A stretch of DNA of 64,000 nucleotides from assembly GCF_009834535.1 (NCBI RefSeq), contig NC_045696.1:79672001-79736000 (forward strand), given 5' to 3'. Of this stretch, positions 1 to 12,945 are shown piece after piece. The DNA comes from Camelus ferus (lineage: Eukaryota). The translations under genes and the position numbers were made by a program. The notes beneath the pieces are model-generated. The model ran no database searches, was not told the DNA's origin, and saw nothing but the letters and a program-made list of their open reading frames with translations. Each line of letters begins with the position of its first letter. The stretch's first letter is position 1.

Positions 1-198
1 CAACTCCAGGATCAAGTTAATCCTCTGGATTTCAGCCATTTTGCAGTTTTTGTGTGTTTTGTTTTTGTTTGTACTTAAATTTCTTGAGTTCTTACATTTT
101 TGATGGTTTTACTTTATTTTATTTGTTTTAAATGGGGGATTTTTAGGATACGTAACGGCTAATCTAGCCAAAAGTGAGAGTGTATCGTTTTAATAGTC

Positions 199-204
199 AT
201 TAAA
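199..204 (+). terminator. Candidate polyadenylation signal (ATTAAA) of an upstream transcript
   Basis: U-rich, 3'-UTR-like sequence at 1-200 and a GU/U-rich tract at ~238-300 downstream. Confidence 0.25.
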
Positions 205-2049
205 AAAAAATTGATTTATCATTCATCTTCAGAGTTTCATGTATTGCTGTGTCATTACCATCTTGCCCAACTGTATTTTTTTTGTTTTTGTGTTTTTTTA
301 AGTAAATAGTCCACAGTAACTTTCAGAAATGCATAGCAAAAGCAAATTTTTGCAGCAGTACTAAGGTAGAATTTCAATTTGAGGTCATGGCTAACCAGCA
401 CAGAGACAATAAAAGGTCACATCAAATGTGGCTGGCTCTTATCTTAGTCAGTTATTAAGACCAACAAAACAAAAAACAAAAATGGAAAACAAACAAAAAG
501 TTCTAACTCAAATAATATGGTAAAGAGCTTAGGAGAAACTACAATAGATTCTTGAAATCTCATGGTGCTTCCTCCCTTTGGTCTAGAAACGCCCACTGGG
601 ACCTGGCGACTCTCATGAATCTGACCTTTCTCTACCTCTTTATTTCTCTGAGACGTACACTTTTCTGTCTCATGTCATTTCCTCAGGGTTCTGCTGTGTG
701 TTAATAAGTTTTAAGAAGATGGAAAAATGCATGCTATTGTGTTTGGGTAGCAAATGATTTACCCAGGAAATATAATGCCTTAACCTAATTAAAATGCTTG
801 TCTCCACAAAGCCCTCAAGGAGCAATGTTAATGGTGAGATTTTCAGACATTGTGTCAGCCTCATAGGGATCCATTTTTCACTGTGAGGGAATTTGGCACC
901 CTTCAAGTTTTACTACCACTGAATGGAAGATCAAGTTAAGCTTCCACCCTGTACCCTAAGCACCCAGTTGATTTATGACAGTATGTACATAAAAGTGAAG
1001 AAAAGTTTATCATATACAATGGAATTTAAAAATTTTAAATTTGGGAATATACTGATGGTAGTGTGGACTACAGGGAAAATGAGAATAAAATATTTAAAAA
1101 TAAAACTCTGGTGGGAAGACTTTCATTAACACTTCATTTAATTTTTATATTAAAACTGCCTTACATATTAAGACAAAGTCCTTCATTTAGAAAATATCTT
1201 TTAATCTCTTTTTGTATTTTTAAATTATTGATTAAAATTTTTGAATAGGTGATACACTTGCATGGTTCATAATCAATACTGAGAACTACCATATTCTGTA
1301 GTCAGGTATCCTAACCAAGGAAAAAACAGATTTCATCCAATATTTCAAAGGACACCTGAGGGAAAAGATAACCTTCCTAAACACAGAAATACCTAGAATA
1401 ACAGAAAAAAGATTAATAAGTCTCTGCCTTAAATTTTTAATATTCAACAATGTCAGACTGAGTGGCTGAAAAGTTTTTTGCATATAGGATTAAATGTTTC
1501 GCTACAAGTACACAGATACCCAGCTTACACCTGCACAAGAATGCCTTAGGCAGCAATACAAAATTTTAATGAAAACCTGAACTACCCACAAAGAGAAGAA
1601 AATCTCTGACAGATAGATGTATTGGGGCTGTCCTCAAAGAGAGAGATTTCTTCTGCCCTCCTTCCAGGCTAAAGATTTTCACCAGTTCTACATTGAGGAG
1701 GAATTAGAAATTTCTATCTACACATCACTGAGCATCATGTATGTATATACGCACACACGCATATATATTTAAAGTTGGGGGAAAAATGATGTATTTGTTA
1801 CAGATACTTGCACTTGTGGATCCCAAAATAGGCTTTCTAGTTAAGCAGCACTCTTTTCAGAAGGTGCTCTATTAAGACAACTATCACAAATCATAAGCTG
1901 TTACATCATTTGCAACACGATGTCAATGTTTATAAAATGCACTAAAACACAAAGCATCTATTAATAGCTTGTACTTCCATATAAAGAAGATTATAGAGAT
2001 AATAGAATCAAAATATTAGAGCTGGAAGGAACCTAATAATACCAGCTAA

Positions 2050-2282
2050 ACTCAAATAACACTAATTATGTGACAGACATTGTTCTATATATTTTAAATA
2101 TACTAATTTATCTCATCCTGACAACAACACAATAAGATAGGTACTGTTATCATTCCCATTTTATAGAGATGGAAATTGAGGCACAGACAGAAAGTTTAGC
2201 AAATTACCCAAGGTGACATAGCTTAATAATTTTTGAGCTGGGATTTGACATTGGCTCCAGAATCTGTGTTCTTAACCACTGC
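2050..2282 (-). mobile_element. MIR SINE
   Basis: Reverse MIR core: 'cccattttatagagatggaaattgaggcacag...acccaaggtgacatagct...gagctgggatttga...cttaaccact'. Confidence 0.9.
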
Positions 2283-3399
2283 AAGTCTAAGAATAATTTC
2301 AAATAAGTGAAAGTAGACATTATTACATCAGGGAGAGAAATATTGGGTTGGAACCATATGCAAAATTTATGACCATTGGAAGGAATTTGTCATTCATATT
2401 TTCAGTTTCCAATTATTGCAATGTGACTGCACTTAAGAAAAATGGATTTGGCTGTCCCTCTTGATTATTCTAAGTAATTATATACTTTACTTTATCTCAA
2501 AAAAAACCTACAGAAGTCTATTAACTCAATATAGAATAATAGGGCTCTTTTTTTATAGGAAGATAAAGGCTTGAGCCTGCCACTCTTAATCCTCAGTGAA
2601 TGTTTAAAACTTAAGACTATTTTCACTTGGTACAAAATGATTTTATTAGAAATAATTAAAGTAATTACTCCCAAATTGATTTATGCTTCCCACTGTTTCA
2701 GATTTCTAACTTTTTTCTTTAGAGCTTTCAATGTTTCAAATGTAAAGTGCTTTGAGACTTTTGTAAAAAAGATGCTTTTAAAAATACACACTGTCAAAGT
2801 GTTACCATTGTCTTTACAACTCAGTTATATCAGGCAGTGTACATATTCAAATGTTGAAGTGACTCATCTCAGATTCCCTCTGTTGCTTCTATGACCTACA
2901 CCATAGACATAAATGGTTTTAAACTAGAGAACAAGAGGTTGTCACTCAGTAAGATGACCTTGAATGGATGAATAAGTGAATTAAATATTCTGGTTTCTTA
3001 TTCATTCCTAACTTGAAGGAACTCTCTCTCTCTACCTTCCTCTGCCACTTGAAATTTACAATATGCTTGGTGCTTTGGGGGACCAAATAATGTTAAATTC
3101 TCAAAGAATGGTCTCAACCACTGCCACACAGATGCTCCCTAGAATTCTTGAAACCTAAAACAGGAATTGGGAATCAGTTCCTAAAATTAAACAAAGGGAA
3201 GAGTTTCTTTCTAAATACGATTATTATCTCTTCAAGTATTGCTTTAAAGTACTTAGTAAATTTCAACCAGCCTCTTTTTTGAAAGTGAGAAGCTTTGCAA
3301 TGTCCAATGAGAAAAAAAATATATTATTTTATAATTCACAGTATGCATATAACCACGTTCTTTTCCTGTATTTGTCTGTATGTATGAAGCACAGGAATG

Positions 3400-3725
3400 A
3401 CATGTTGCAGTCTCCCACTTGTCCCCCAATATCCATTTCCTCCCTTTGTCCATATTAATAGAAGTTTTAGCTGGGCACATGGCCACTCTGAATCACGATC
3501 ACATTTCCCAGTCTCCTTTGCTATTAGTTGTAGCACTGTGACTATGTTTGGCTAATGTGATGAGACAAGATGTGATGAGATGAGAATGCAAAGAGAGCAG
3601 CTTGTGAGAGCTTTCGGGAATATTCCTTAAGAGATACTGCAGTTGCACCATTTGCTTCCCCTTACTTCTTTTCTATTCATTGTTTGGTACAGACGCTGAT
3701 ATACTGAACTATGAGGTTAAGACCT
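3400..3725 (+). mobile_element. MaLR LTR fragment (MLT1I/J-like)
   Basis: 'ttttagctgggcacatggcc...cacatttcccagtctcctttgctattagttgtagcactgtgactatg' resembles the MLT1I/J 5' half. Subfamily and ends are approximate. Confidence 0.7.
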
Positions 3726-3932
3726 CACATGGTAGAGCCACTCAAGCTAATTCTGGTACTTTTTTCATAGATTAAAAAAATAGGAAATGATTGTAGATGA
3801 CCTCAAGGTTTGACAGGGATTATCCAAAACTGTTAACAAGGCCAATTTTTGAAATATAATTAAGTCCATATCGTGGGGATGTGAAGATCAACAAAACATG
3901 GTTCATGAACTCAGAAGTTTACAATCTACCAT

Positions 3933-4301
3933 TGCTATGAACAGAACAGTGTTCTCCAAAAATTCAGATGTTGAAGTCCTAACCTCCAGTGTGATGGTAT
4001 TTGGAAAGGAGGCCTTTGGGAGATAATTAGGTTTAGATGAGATCATGAGGGTGGAGCTCTCATGATGGGTTTAGTATTCTTATAAGAAGAGACACCAGAG
4101 GACTTCTCTCTCTCTCCACCATCTGAGGACACAGGAAGAAGGTAGTCACCCATAAGCCAGGAAGAAGGTCCTTACAAGAAACCAATCATGCTGGCACATT
4201 GATCTCTGATTTCCCGGGCTCCATACATGTGAGGAAGTAAATTTCTGTTGTTTAAGACCCCCAGTCTATGGTATTCGGTTATGGCAACACAAAGTAAGAT
4301 G
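3933..4301 (+). mobile_element. MaLR solo LTR (MLT1A/MLT1A0-like)
   Basis: Starts TGCTATG. Contains 'gttgaagtcctaacctccagtgtgatggtatttgga' and 'aaatttctgttgtttaag...cagtctatggtatt'. 5-bp TSD ACCAT at 3928-3932 and 4302-4306. Confidence 0.92.
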
Positions 4302-4399
4302 ACCATATAAATCCTCTAAAATACATAAATTTTAGAAAGCCAAGACCCCAGCTGTATAGTAAATATGTACATGTGAATGTACTTGTGTACTGAATAAGT

Positions 4400-4620
4400 A
4401 TAGTAGTTAAGAGGGAATATATTAGAGTTGTGGTCAATTTTTACATAAATACTATGGCCTTTGGCAAGACACTTATCCTTTTGTACCTCAGGTTTTTCAT
4501 CTTGAAAATGGGTGCTAGTAATAACACTTAATTCATCATATTTTTGGAACCACATACATACATATACATATAAGAAACAGTGTTTAGCACATAGTGCTAT
4601 TTAAGTATGAGATACTAGTA
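4400..4620 (+). mobile_element. MIR SINE (degraded)
   Basis: 'ctttggcaagacacttatccttttgtacctcaggtttttcatcttgaaaatggg...aacagtgtttagcacatagt'. Confidence 0.75.
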
Positions 4621-5264
4621 AAGTGCCTTCTTTCTTTCTACAACAACAAAAAAGAAAAATGCATTAACAGAATCTTGAAAATTATGTATTTATACTGCTG
4701 CATTACTTAAATACAAACTACCTTTGAACTACAGTGGAGTCAGTCCTCGGAACTTACACTCATTGAGTGAAATATCAGGTCCTGACACTATTTAAATCCC
4801 TTTCTCTCTCTCCTTTTCTGAGTCACCATAGTTGATTCTGTCTAAATTTAATTCATGTATGATGTAATATTTGTACCTGTATTGTCAAAACAAAGCAATC
4901 AATATTTTGTTCATTCAGATGATGAATGTTGTCATTAGTTGTTATTAACAGACTAGAACAGTATACATTAAGGTTAGAATGCTCATATATTATGATTATA
5001 TTTACCCTCTTATTTTCCAAACTAATTTAAGTATGTTTTGAGTTGTCAAAGGACTTATTTAGGATTGGAAAAAGGCACACTGGTTAAATGAGTCAATCAC
5101 TGGTTTAAGAGAAAATATGTCAGTATAGCACAAAATTGGGTATCTCAGAGATGTCTCCTAGGTGTTTTATCCATAGGAATATAGATACGTACTTCAGGAT
5201 TGATAGTGGTGCTCTTTATTACCTACATATGACTTTAAGGAATGATATGTGTATGGTACATATA

Positions 5265-5500
5265 TAGTTGACCCCTTGGGGTACTGACCCTCCCTGGAGT
5301 CGAAAATTCTTGTATAACTTAGAGTCAACCGTCTGTATCCACAGTTCCTCCGTATTCACAGTTCCTCTGTCTCAGTGGTTCCACATCTGCAAAGTCAACC
5401 AACCAGGATCCTGTAGTTCCGTAGTATTTACCACTGAAAAAGATCTGTGTGTAAGTGCACCCAGGCAGTTCAAACCCATGTTGTTTAAGGGTCAAGTTTA
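5265..5500 (-). mobile_element. Tigger2-derived MITE (Tigger2a_Art-like), TcMar-Tigger
   Basis: Termini 'tagttgacccct' and 'cagttcaaacccatgttgtttaagggtcaagtt' match the Tigger2/MER8-type TIR (CAGTTGACCCTTGAACAAC). Internal repeated 'gtatccacagttcctccgtattcacagttcc'. Confidence 0.85.
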
Positions 5501-6559
5501 GTAGAAAACTGCCCTTGCATTTGGCTATTATTTGTAATTTCTCACTGTTCTCTGTAAACACATGTTCTTTACCGAGTCTTTTCTCAGACCTGGCCTTCAC
5601 ACTAATGACTGATATGTGCTATATTTCTGCCAGCTGCTATCAATTCCAGTGGACCAGAGCAAGAACATGGTATCTGATGTACGTTTAATGCCTCTTGTAT
5701 TTCTGAGCCAATATAGGCAATGTTTTAGATAAATTCAGTTGTTAAAGCTACCTGACAAATATTGGAAGGATCATTATCACCAAAAGTAATTCCTTTCACT
5801 TGATTGTTCCACTGACTTTAAAAATATTAACTTTATTTTGGTTGTACCTATTAAGACCAAATCAGCATATATGTGCGTGATAGAATCATCCTTAGTTCGG
5901 GGCTTATAAAAATAATAGCACAGATAAAAGAGAAAGTGTATAGAATTTGAATACAAGCTCTTTAATTATAGAAATAGCAAAAGTAAACAAATTTTAAAAA
6001 ATGTCATACCTCACCTAATTAGGACCCAGAACAAGAGAGAGCTAGCACTATATAACTTGAAAAGTTACACTTACCCCATAATAGTCACTATTTTTAGGAC
6101 TATCTTACTATAAGCCTTAAACTAAAGCACAGAAAGTATAAGAATTAAGGCTCCCCCAAATTTTCACTTGATAGAAATGTCAAAGAAGCTATAATTTTAG
6201 TTCAAACTTGGCATATATACCTAGCTAAAGGTACCCTTTCAAATACATAGCTCTTTGTATTTCACTGACCTCATTTTAGCTTTTTAGAAAACGGTTTCTA
6301 GCCCACTATAGAGAATCAAAATCTGAGGAATAAAAATGAAAAAATAATAACAAAATGAATTATTTTTTCTGTGCCGCCAAACTTACAGACAGACACAATA
6401 ACTTACAAAAGGAAGTGTATGAAAGGAAATATTATTTGATAGTTACAAATTGCGTGTCGAATAGCAGTTTGTGACAGATTTTTGCTTGAGCCCCTAATAA
6501 GCAGAGGAAAGAGCTGAGCCTTAGGAACTGTAAGTAATATACAGCAAGCACAGTGAGCG

Positions 6560-7090
6560 GCAGCAGTGAATATGGCCACCAAGAAGTCTAATAGTATTTC
6601 AGCCTATTCTAATAGAATCAGCAAAGTGCCAGTTCCTTTCTATTTTGTTCAGGACAATTGTGATCAGGCACAGATGCCACACTTGACATAATATGCATCA
6701 ACAAGAGTGACAAAGATGGTGAAAGAATTCAAAACAATACTCAGCTGAAAGATGTGTAGATGCCAGAAGGACATGAAGAAGAAAAGACTTGACAGGTAAG
6801 GTATAGGAGTCACGAAGGCAACATGCAAACAGTTGGAGAGAAAGAAAGAGAAAGCATAGTTGTTTTATTCTGGGCCCCCAATTTTGTCAGAGAGAGACTT
6901 TGTTCAATAATAAGAACTGCCTAATAAGTGAGAGTCTCCAGAGAAAGAATAGACCACCTCAAAAGGTAATATGTTCCCATTTACTGAAGTATCGATTCAG
7001 ACCACACAGACATTTAGCAGAAAGGCTGGCGATTCAGTAATAAAAGAGCAAATGAGCTATGTAATGTTTAATGTCCCTTCCAGGCCTAAG
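6560..7090 (+). mobile_element. L3/CR1 LINE 3' fragment (highly degraded)
   Basis: 'atggccaccaagaagtctaatagtatttcagcctattctaatagaa', 'agagtgacaaagatggtgaaag' and 'gttcccatttactgaagtat' resemble the CR1 ORF2 3' end. Confidence 0.6.
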
Positions 7091-8829
7091 GAGCTTGATT
7101 GCAGGACGCCCAAATATACAATTAGTGAAGAGAAAGTAAAAACTATTTGTTTTTATAATGAGGAGTGTTGAGTACCTGTGAAAAAGCATCCATTCAACAC
7201 GTAACTCCAAAAAATTTCAATAGTGTAAATTTTGCAGGCAGATTTTTTTCCAATGTGAAAGAAGTCTAAAACATAGGTATAAATTTACCTGACTAAAAAT
7301 GTCCTTGTTTTCTTATCTGAGATTTATTTTTTTTAATCTGAGATTTATTTAAAGAGGAACTTAAAGATTTGAATTTGAAGTAGGAAAAAATAACAGCGAA
7401 CAAAATTTAAAATTTAGAGTAGGCATGAGGCAGTATTTTCAAGAAATATAAAGATTTTTTTTGAATCTGCAGCTCATATAGGAAGAGAAAGAAAACTGCT
7501 CACAGAAGAATACTATGCTCTCAGTCTTTTTAAATGTCCTATACCCACATGTGTGCAGGAGCTCATGAACTGCTTCTGTTCTCATAGCTCCCCAACTCAA
7601 ACCGTCCTGGCTCCGTCTATTGCACATGCACCACCTTCAGCATCTATCTATTGCTTGTCCTGGTTTCCTGAGCGAAGGTGGATTTAATCCCTAACCTGCA
7701 GCCTCTCAGGCTACATGGTCTCTAACTTTTCACTCACTACTCCTTTATGGAAACCCATTTTAGATTCCAAAGAGATAGGAACTGTGATTCTTCTTACCTA
7801 TATATCCCAGAAGGGGGACACAGTTTCCACATGCAATTTTAAAATATCAAGAGCAATATACTTCAATAAAAATTTATTTCCAGCCTTACTGCTCCTAGAT
7901 GTCCATGCTACACTGCAGAAAATCAATTCTGAATAAATTTTGGTCGCTTTGTGAAAGCGTCTTAGAAATTGTCCAAAGATGGTTCAAACTTCCTGGACCC
8001 TAAGGGACATCCTCATACTGTTCTTAAGATGCATAGAAAAATCCCATTCCCTTGTATAAGAGTACAAGACATGCCTTAGAACATTTACTGAATATTAAGT
8101 TTCTCATACTAAGAATTCACTTTTTTTCACATTTAATAATCATCACAAAACCCTTTCACTCAAGTGCTCAAATATACCACTGGATCTGTGAACAGACTCA
8201 ATTTATGTTTTGTTGGATCAACATATGTAAATGGAAATCAGGAAACTATTACTGCCATTAGGTGGAGCTTAAGTAATTTACATTTAATTGTGTTCAGAAA
8301 TGGACCAAAACTTCAAAATTTGTCCTTTCTGAGAATGAAGGGCTCATGAGGTATAATCTGAGATCCAAGATTACAAGTCACTTCTACAGCATTCATGACC
8401 AAGGGTGGACCCAGCGAAAGTCAAATGAGTCTCTCCAATGTGCCACGGATAAATGTATTTACCTACCATGGAGACAGATGTTATAGAGATAGGTTGTTAG
8501 GAATGTTTATTCAACAATATAAACAATTGGTAAATCAGATGTGCCCAAAATGCTGACACAAACTAAGACTGCTAAAATCATGCCTGGGACAAATGGAATT
8601 TAAGAGGGCATAGTCAAAGAAAGAATTAGTGTATACTCATGGTTCTTTATCTTACTCTTATATTCATTAGATGCCCAGAAAGGAATGTTCCTAGAATACA
8701 TTACTTGAACTCCTTAAAGAAATATCTTCAGTTAATTACTTCTATGTGGTATGCTCATAATTTTAAGCAAGATACCAGGATTTACCATTTGAAATGCTTT
8801 TATTTATCTTCTGCAGGTAACACGTAAAA

Positions 8830-9620
8830 CTAAAATGCTAGATACATAGTAATACATGATAATAGTAAATAAAATTGAGACAAATTGTACTGGCATCATA
8901 TTGTTGGTTAAAACTTAATTCCAAGTGAACTAAATCCTCCAAATTTTTATAGGAATTTCTTTTGCGCAAGTGCCCACATCTTTTACATACAAAGTTAGCC
9001 TTTAAGAAATGCATAATTCTCCCCATTTCTATTTTAAATTTTATTCCACTTGTTTTGGTGAAGAATTCTAGCCCCCTGGAATAATTTTAAATTTTAATCT
9101 TAATTTACTGAATTTATAATACTTCCTAGTGTCCTAAAACTTTAATAATCATTCCTCTCATCTCTTCGTCCAACCATTGGTGACAACAGTGACTTGCACA
9201 GGGCCAAGGACAAAACATTATGATACTCAATGGATACATTTTCAAGGGCAAAGATTTGTTCTTCGGGGAGAATGGCAGCACAGTAATTTAATTCTATTCA
9301 TTCTTAGAGCAAATGTGGCCCATTCAGCATAATTTCTTAATTATGGTCAAAATGAAAATGTAAAAGAAACTATTTCAGACCAAAGTAAAGACGTGTAGAA
9401 TGAAGATATTGTGTAATCTACCTTATGTCCAAGAGAGATTTGGATCTTTTATATTAATCACATCTAATTCCTTGAACATCTCACCAACATAATTTAAAGT
9501 CATAATTAGCACTAAATAGCAAGAGAGAATCACCAACTTGGAGGTCATGGAATGAAGACAGAGTATTGATATTGGAGTTCTACTAATGCTATTTGCTTCA
9601 ACAAATTCCAGAAGTTTGAT
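8830..9620 (-). mobile_element. L3/CR1 LINE ORF2 fragment (degraded)
   Basis: ORF 8838-9026(-) contains 'KNLEDLVHLELSFNQQYDA', resembling the CR1 motif KDLGVLVDxKLxMSQQCD. Also 'cagggccaaggacaaaac'. Confidence 0.7.
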
Positions 9621-10254
9621 GAGTGCAAAGAATGGACATTCAGACAGTAGCTGTATGATGAAATGAAGTGGAGCCAGTTTGTAGTAGGAACATTTAAAAT
9701 GCACAGGCAGCTTGGAATATGGTAAGTGTTCATGAAATGGTACATTTTGAGCAAAATGATGAAACTGTAAGGGGAGAAATAGAATGATTAGTGACTCGAG
9801 TTGTAAACCAATATGCAGCCTTAATATATTAAGGAAGGAAAAACAGCCTTTTGAGTCATGGTCACAAATAGCAACTGCCTTTGCTTATATCTTCAAAAAG
9901 AAAGAGCACATGAAGACATAAGATTAGCATTTCTACTTGTAATACTTGCAAATATGAAATTATGACTCCTACTAGAAATGCAAAGAACAACACAAAACAG
10001 CTTTGTTTCTGTTTCTGTGTCAGGAATACCACATCCCTACATATGTATTAATATGGAGAAAAGATTGCATAACATTTCAAATTATTTTGCATACTGCATA
10101 TGCTTTAATGATAAAAGTCAATGGGAAACAATCTATCAGGAAGCAGCTACTCTGAATTAATATGGAAGGGTCAACCCACAATGAGGTTCACATTTGACTC
10201 CCTCTGTGTGCAGGAGGGGCCAGTATTAAACAGGCAACATGAAAAGGATTCACT

Positions 10255-10490
10255 AGGCGGCATAGTGCCGTGAGATGCACTTGGCAGAGAGGAAGATCTG
10301 GGCTTAGGAATAAAGAAAGACTTAGGTTGGATCCCTGCACTGCCCCTCACTAGCTGTCCTAGCTTGGGCAGTCACTTAACCTTTCTGAGATGCAGTTTCC
10401 TCGCATATACAATGAGGATAATAATACCTGAGATCCCTGTGAAAAGTGCAGAGAAAATGTAACATACACTATGAGTAGCTGTGATCATCA
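10255..10490 (+). mobile_element. MIR SINE (MIRb-like)
   Basis: 'cactagctgtcctagcttgggcagtcacttaacctttctgagatgcagtttcctcgcatatacaatgaggataataatacct'. Confidence 0.88.
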
Positions 10491-10754
10491 TTTCCCCAGA
10501 CATGTTATATCCAATCCATCTTTTTAGACAAGAAACATCAACAAACTAAGGAGGCAAGAATCATACATTCAGAGGTACATAAAGTAGATTAAATAATTTC
10601 TTTATTCTATAGGACTTTACTTTGGTCTGAAAGAACTGTCTCAAGGAATTTGCTCTGAAATAATTGGGGGTTTACCTATGGTTTCAGGTGGAATCAGGAA
10701 TGTAGTAAATCGAAAGAGCCCATGTTTGTTAGTGGTCGAATAAAAATCTAGCTA

Positions 10755-11362
10755 GGGTACAACCACTGTGGAAAGCATTTGGGTAGTACCTATTATACTA
10801 AAGCTAGAGACATAAGCTATGACCCAGCAATTTCACTCCAGAGTGTATACTGAGCAAATGCATACACATGTTCACCAAAGGATGTGTTTTAGAATATTCA
10901 TAATACTGTTCATCACTCCTTTAAACTGGAAACTACACAAAAGATCATCAATAGTTGACTAAATTATGATATATTCACACAGAGGAATACTGCTTAACAA
11001 TAAGAATGAATGGTGAACAATTAGAAATAATAATATGGATGATTCTCACAAACATAATGTTAAGCAAATGAAGATGAACACAAAAGAATACATGCTAACT
11101 CTATATAGAGTATAAAAACAAACAAACAAAAAAACCTAAACTATGCTGTTAGAAATCAGGATAGAGATTACCCTGAGGGAGGTGGTGATGGTGCAGGGGG
11201 CGTAGTGGCCAGAGAGAAGCATGGAGAGGTTTTAAAGTGCTGGTAATTTTCTATTGCTTAGTCTGTGTATACTTTGACAGTTTATTAAGTTTGTGAACAT
11301 TTATTAAACCCTATACTTATATGTATACATTTCTATTTGTGTAGCATATCCAATAAAGAGTT
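10755..11362 (+). mobile_element. Ancient L1 (L1ME-class) 3' end
   Basis: 'acaaccactgtggaaagc...tatgacccagcaatttcactcc...tggatgattctcacaaacataatgttaagc...ctatgctgttagaaatcaggatag'. Ends with AATAAA at 11352-11357. Confidence 0.85.
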
Positions 11363-11388
11363 AAGAAATTAGAGTGTGCTAGAAATCA

Positions 11389-12945
11389 GTGGCATTTCTT
11401 TACACCAACAATGAAATATCAGAAAAGGAAAGTAAAGAAACAATCCTCTTTAAAATTGCATTCAAAAAAATAAAATATGTAGGAATAAATCTGACCAAAG
11501 AAGCGAAAGACTTATACATGGAGAACTACAAAACATTGACAAAGGAAATTAAACACAGCTTAAAGAAATGGAAAGATATTCCATGTTCTTGGATTGGAAG
11601 AATCAATATTGTTAAAATGGCCATACAACCCAAAGCAATCTATAGATTTAATGCAATCCCTATCAAACTACCTAGGGCATTTTTCACAGAACTAGAACAA
11701 CTAATCCTAAAATTTATATGGAATCACAAAAGACCCCAAATTGCCAAAGCAATAGTGAAGAAAAAGAATCAAGCTGGAGGAATAACACTCCCAGACTTCA
11801 GACAATACTACAAAGCTACAGTAATCAAAATAGCATGGTGTTAGTACAAAAACATATGGATCAATGGAACAGAACAGAGAGCCCAGAAATAAACCCATAA
11901 ACTATGGTCAGTTAATCTTTGACAAAGGAGGCAAGAACATACAACAGAGAAAAGATAGTCTCTTGAACAAATGGCATTGGGAAAACTGGACAGCTGCATG
12001 TAAATCAATGAAATTAGAATACACCTTCACATCATACACAAAAATTAACTCAAAATGGCTTAAAGATTTAAACATAAGAGAAGACACTATAAACTTCTTA
12101 GAAGAAAAAACATAGGCAAAACATTATCTGACATAAATTGCAGCAATGTTCTCCTAGGGCAGTCTACTCAGGCAATAGAAATAAAAGCAAAAATAAACAA
12201 ACGGGATGTAATTAAATTTATAAGCTTTTTCACAGCAAAGGAAACCATAAGCAAAACAAAAAATCTACAGAATGGGAGAAAATACTTGCATAAGATGAGA
12301 CTGATAAAGGCTTAATTTCCAGAATATATAAACAGCTCATATGATTTAATAACAAAAAACAAACAACCCAATCCAAAAATGGGCAGAAGACCTAAACAAG
12401 CAATTCTCTAATGAAGACATACAAATGGCCAACAGGCACATGAAAAAATGCTCAATATCACTAATTGTCAGAGAAATACAAATCAAAACTATAATGAGGC
12501 ATCACCTCACACAGTCAGAATGGCCATCACACAAAAGTCCACAAACAGTAAATGCTGGAGAGGGTGTGGAGAAAAGGGAACCCTCCTACTCTATTGGTAG
12601 GAATGTAGTTTGGTGCAGCCTTTATGGAAAACAGTATGGAGATTCCTCAAAAGACTAAAGATAGACTTACCATATGATTCAGCAATCTCACTGCTGGGCA
12701 TATATCCAAAGGGAACCTTAATTCAAAAAGATACATGCACCTCAATGTTCATAGCAGCACTACTTACAATAGCCAAGACATGGAAACAACCTAAATGTCC
12801 ATCGACAGATGACTGGATAAAGAAGTCGTGGTGTATTTATACAATGGAATACTACTCAGTCATAAAAAAGAATAAAATAATGCCATTTGCAGCAACATGG
12901 ATGGACCTAGAGATTGTCACTCTAAGTGAAGTAAGCCAGAAAGCA
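11389..12945 (+). pseudogene. Disrupted L1 ORF2 (post-RT and C-terminal region)
   Basis: ORFs 11389-11844, 11864-12115, 12425-12658 and 12610-13038 are consecutive L1 ORF2 pieces split by a premature TAG (11842-11844) and frameshifts. Confidence 0.95.

Noticed and set aside
1..40. Possible coding ends at the window edge (+ strand ...TPGSS*; - strand MAEIQRINLILEL...)
   Set aside because: Too short and truncated by the window, and I cannot match either to a known gene.
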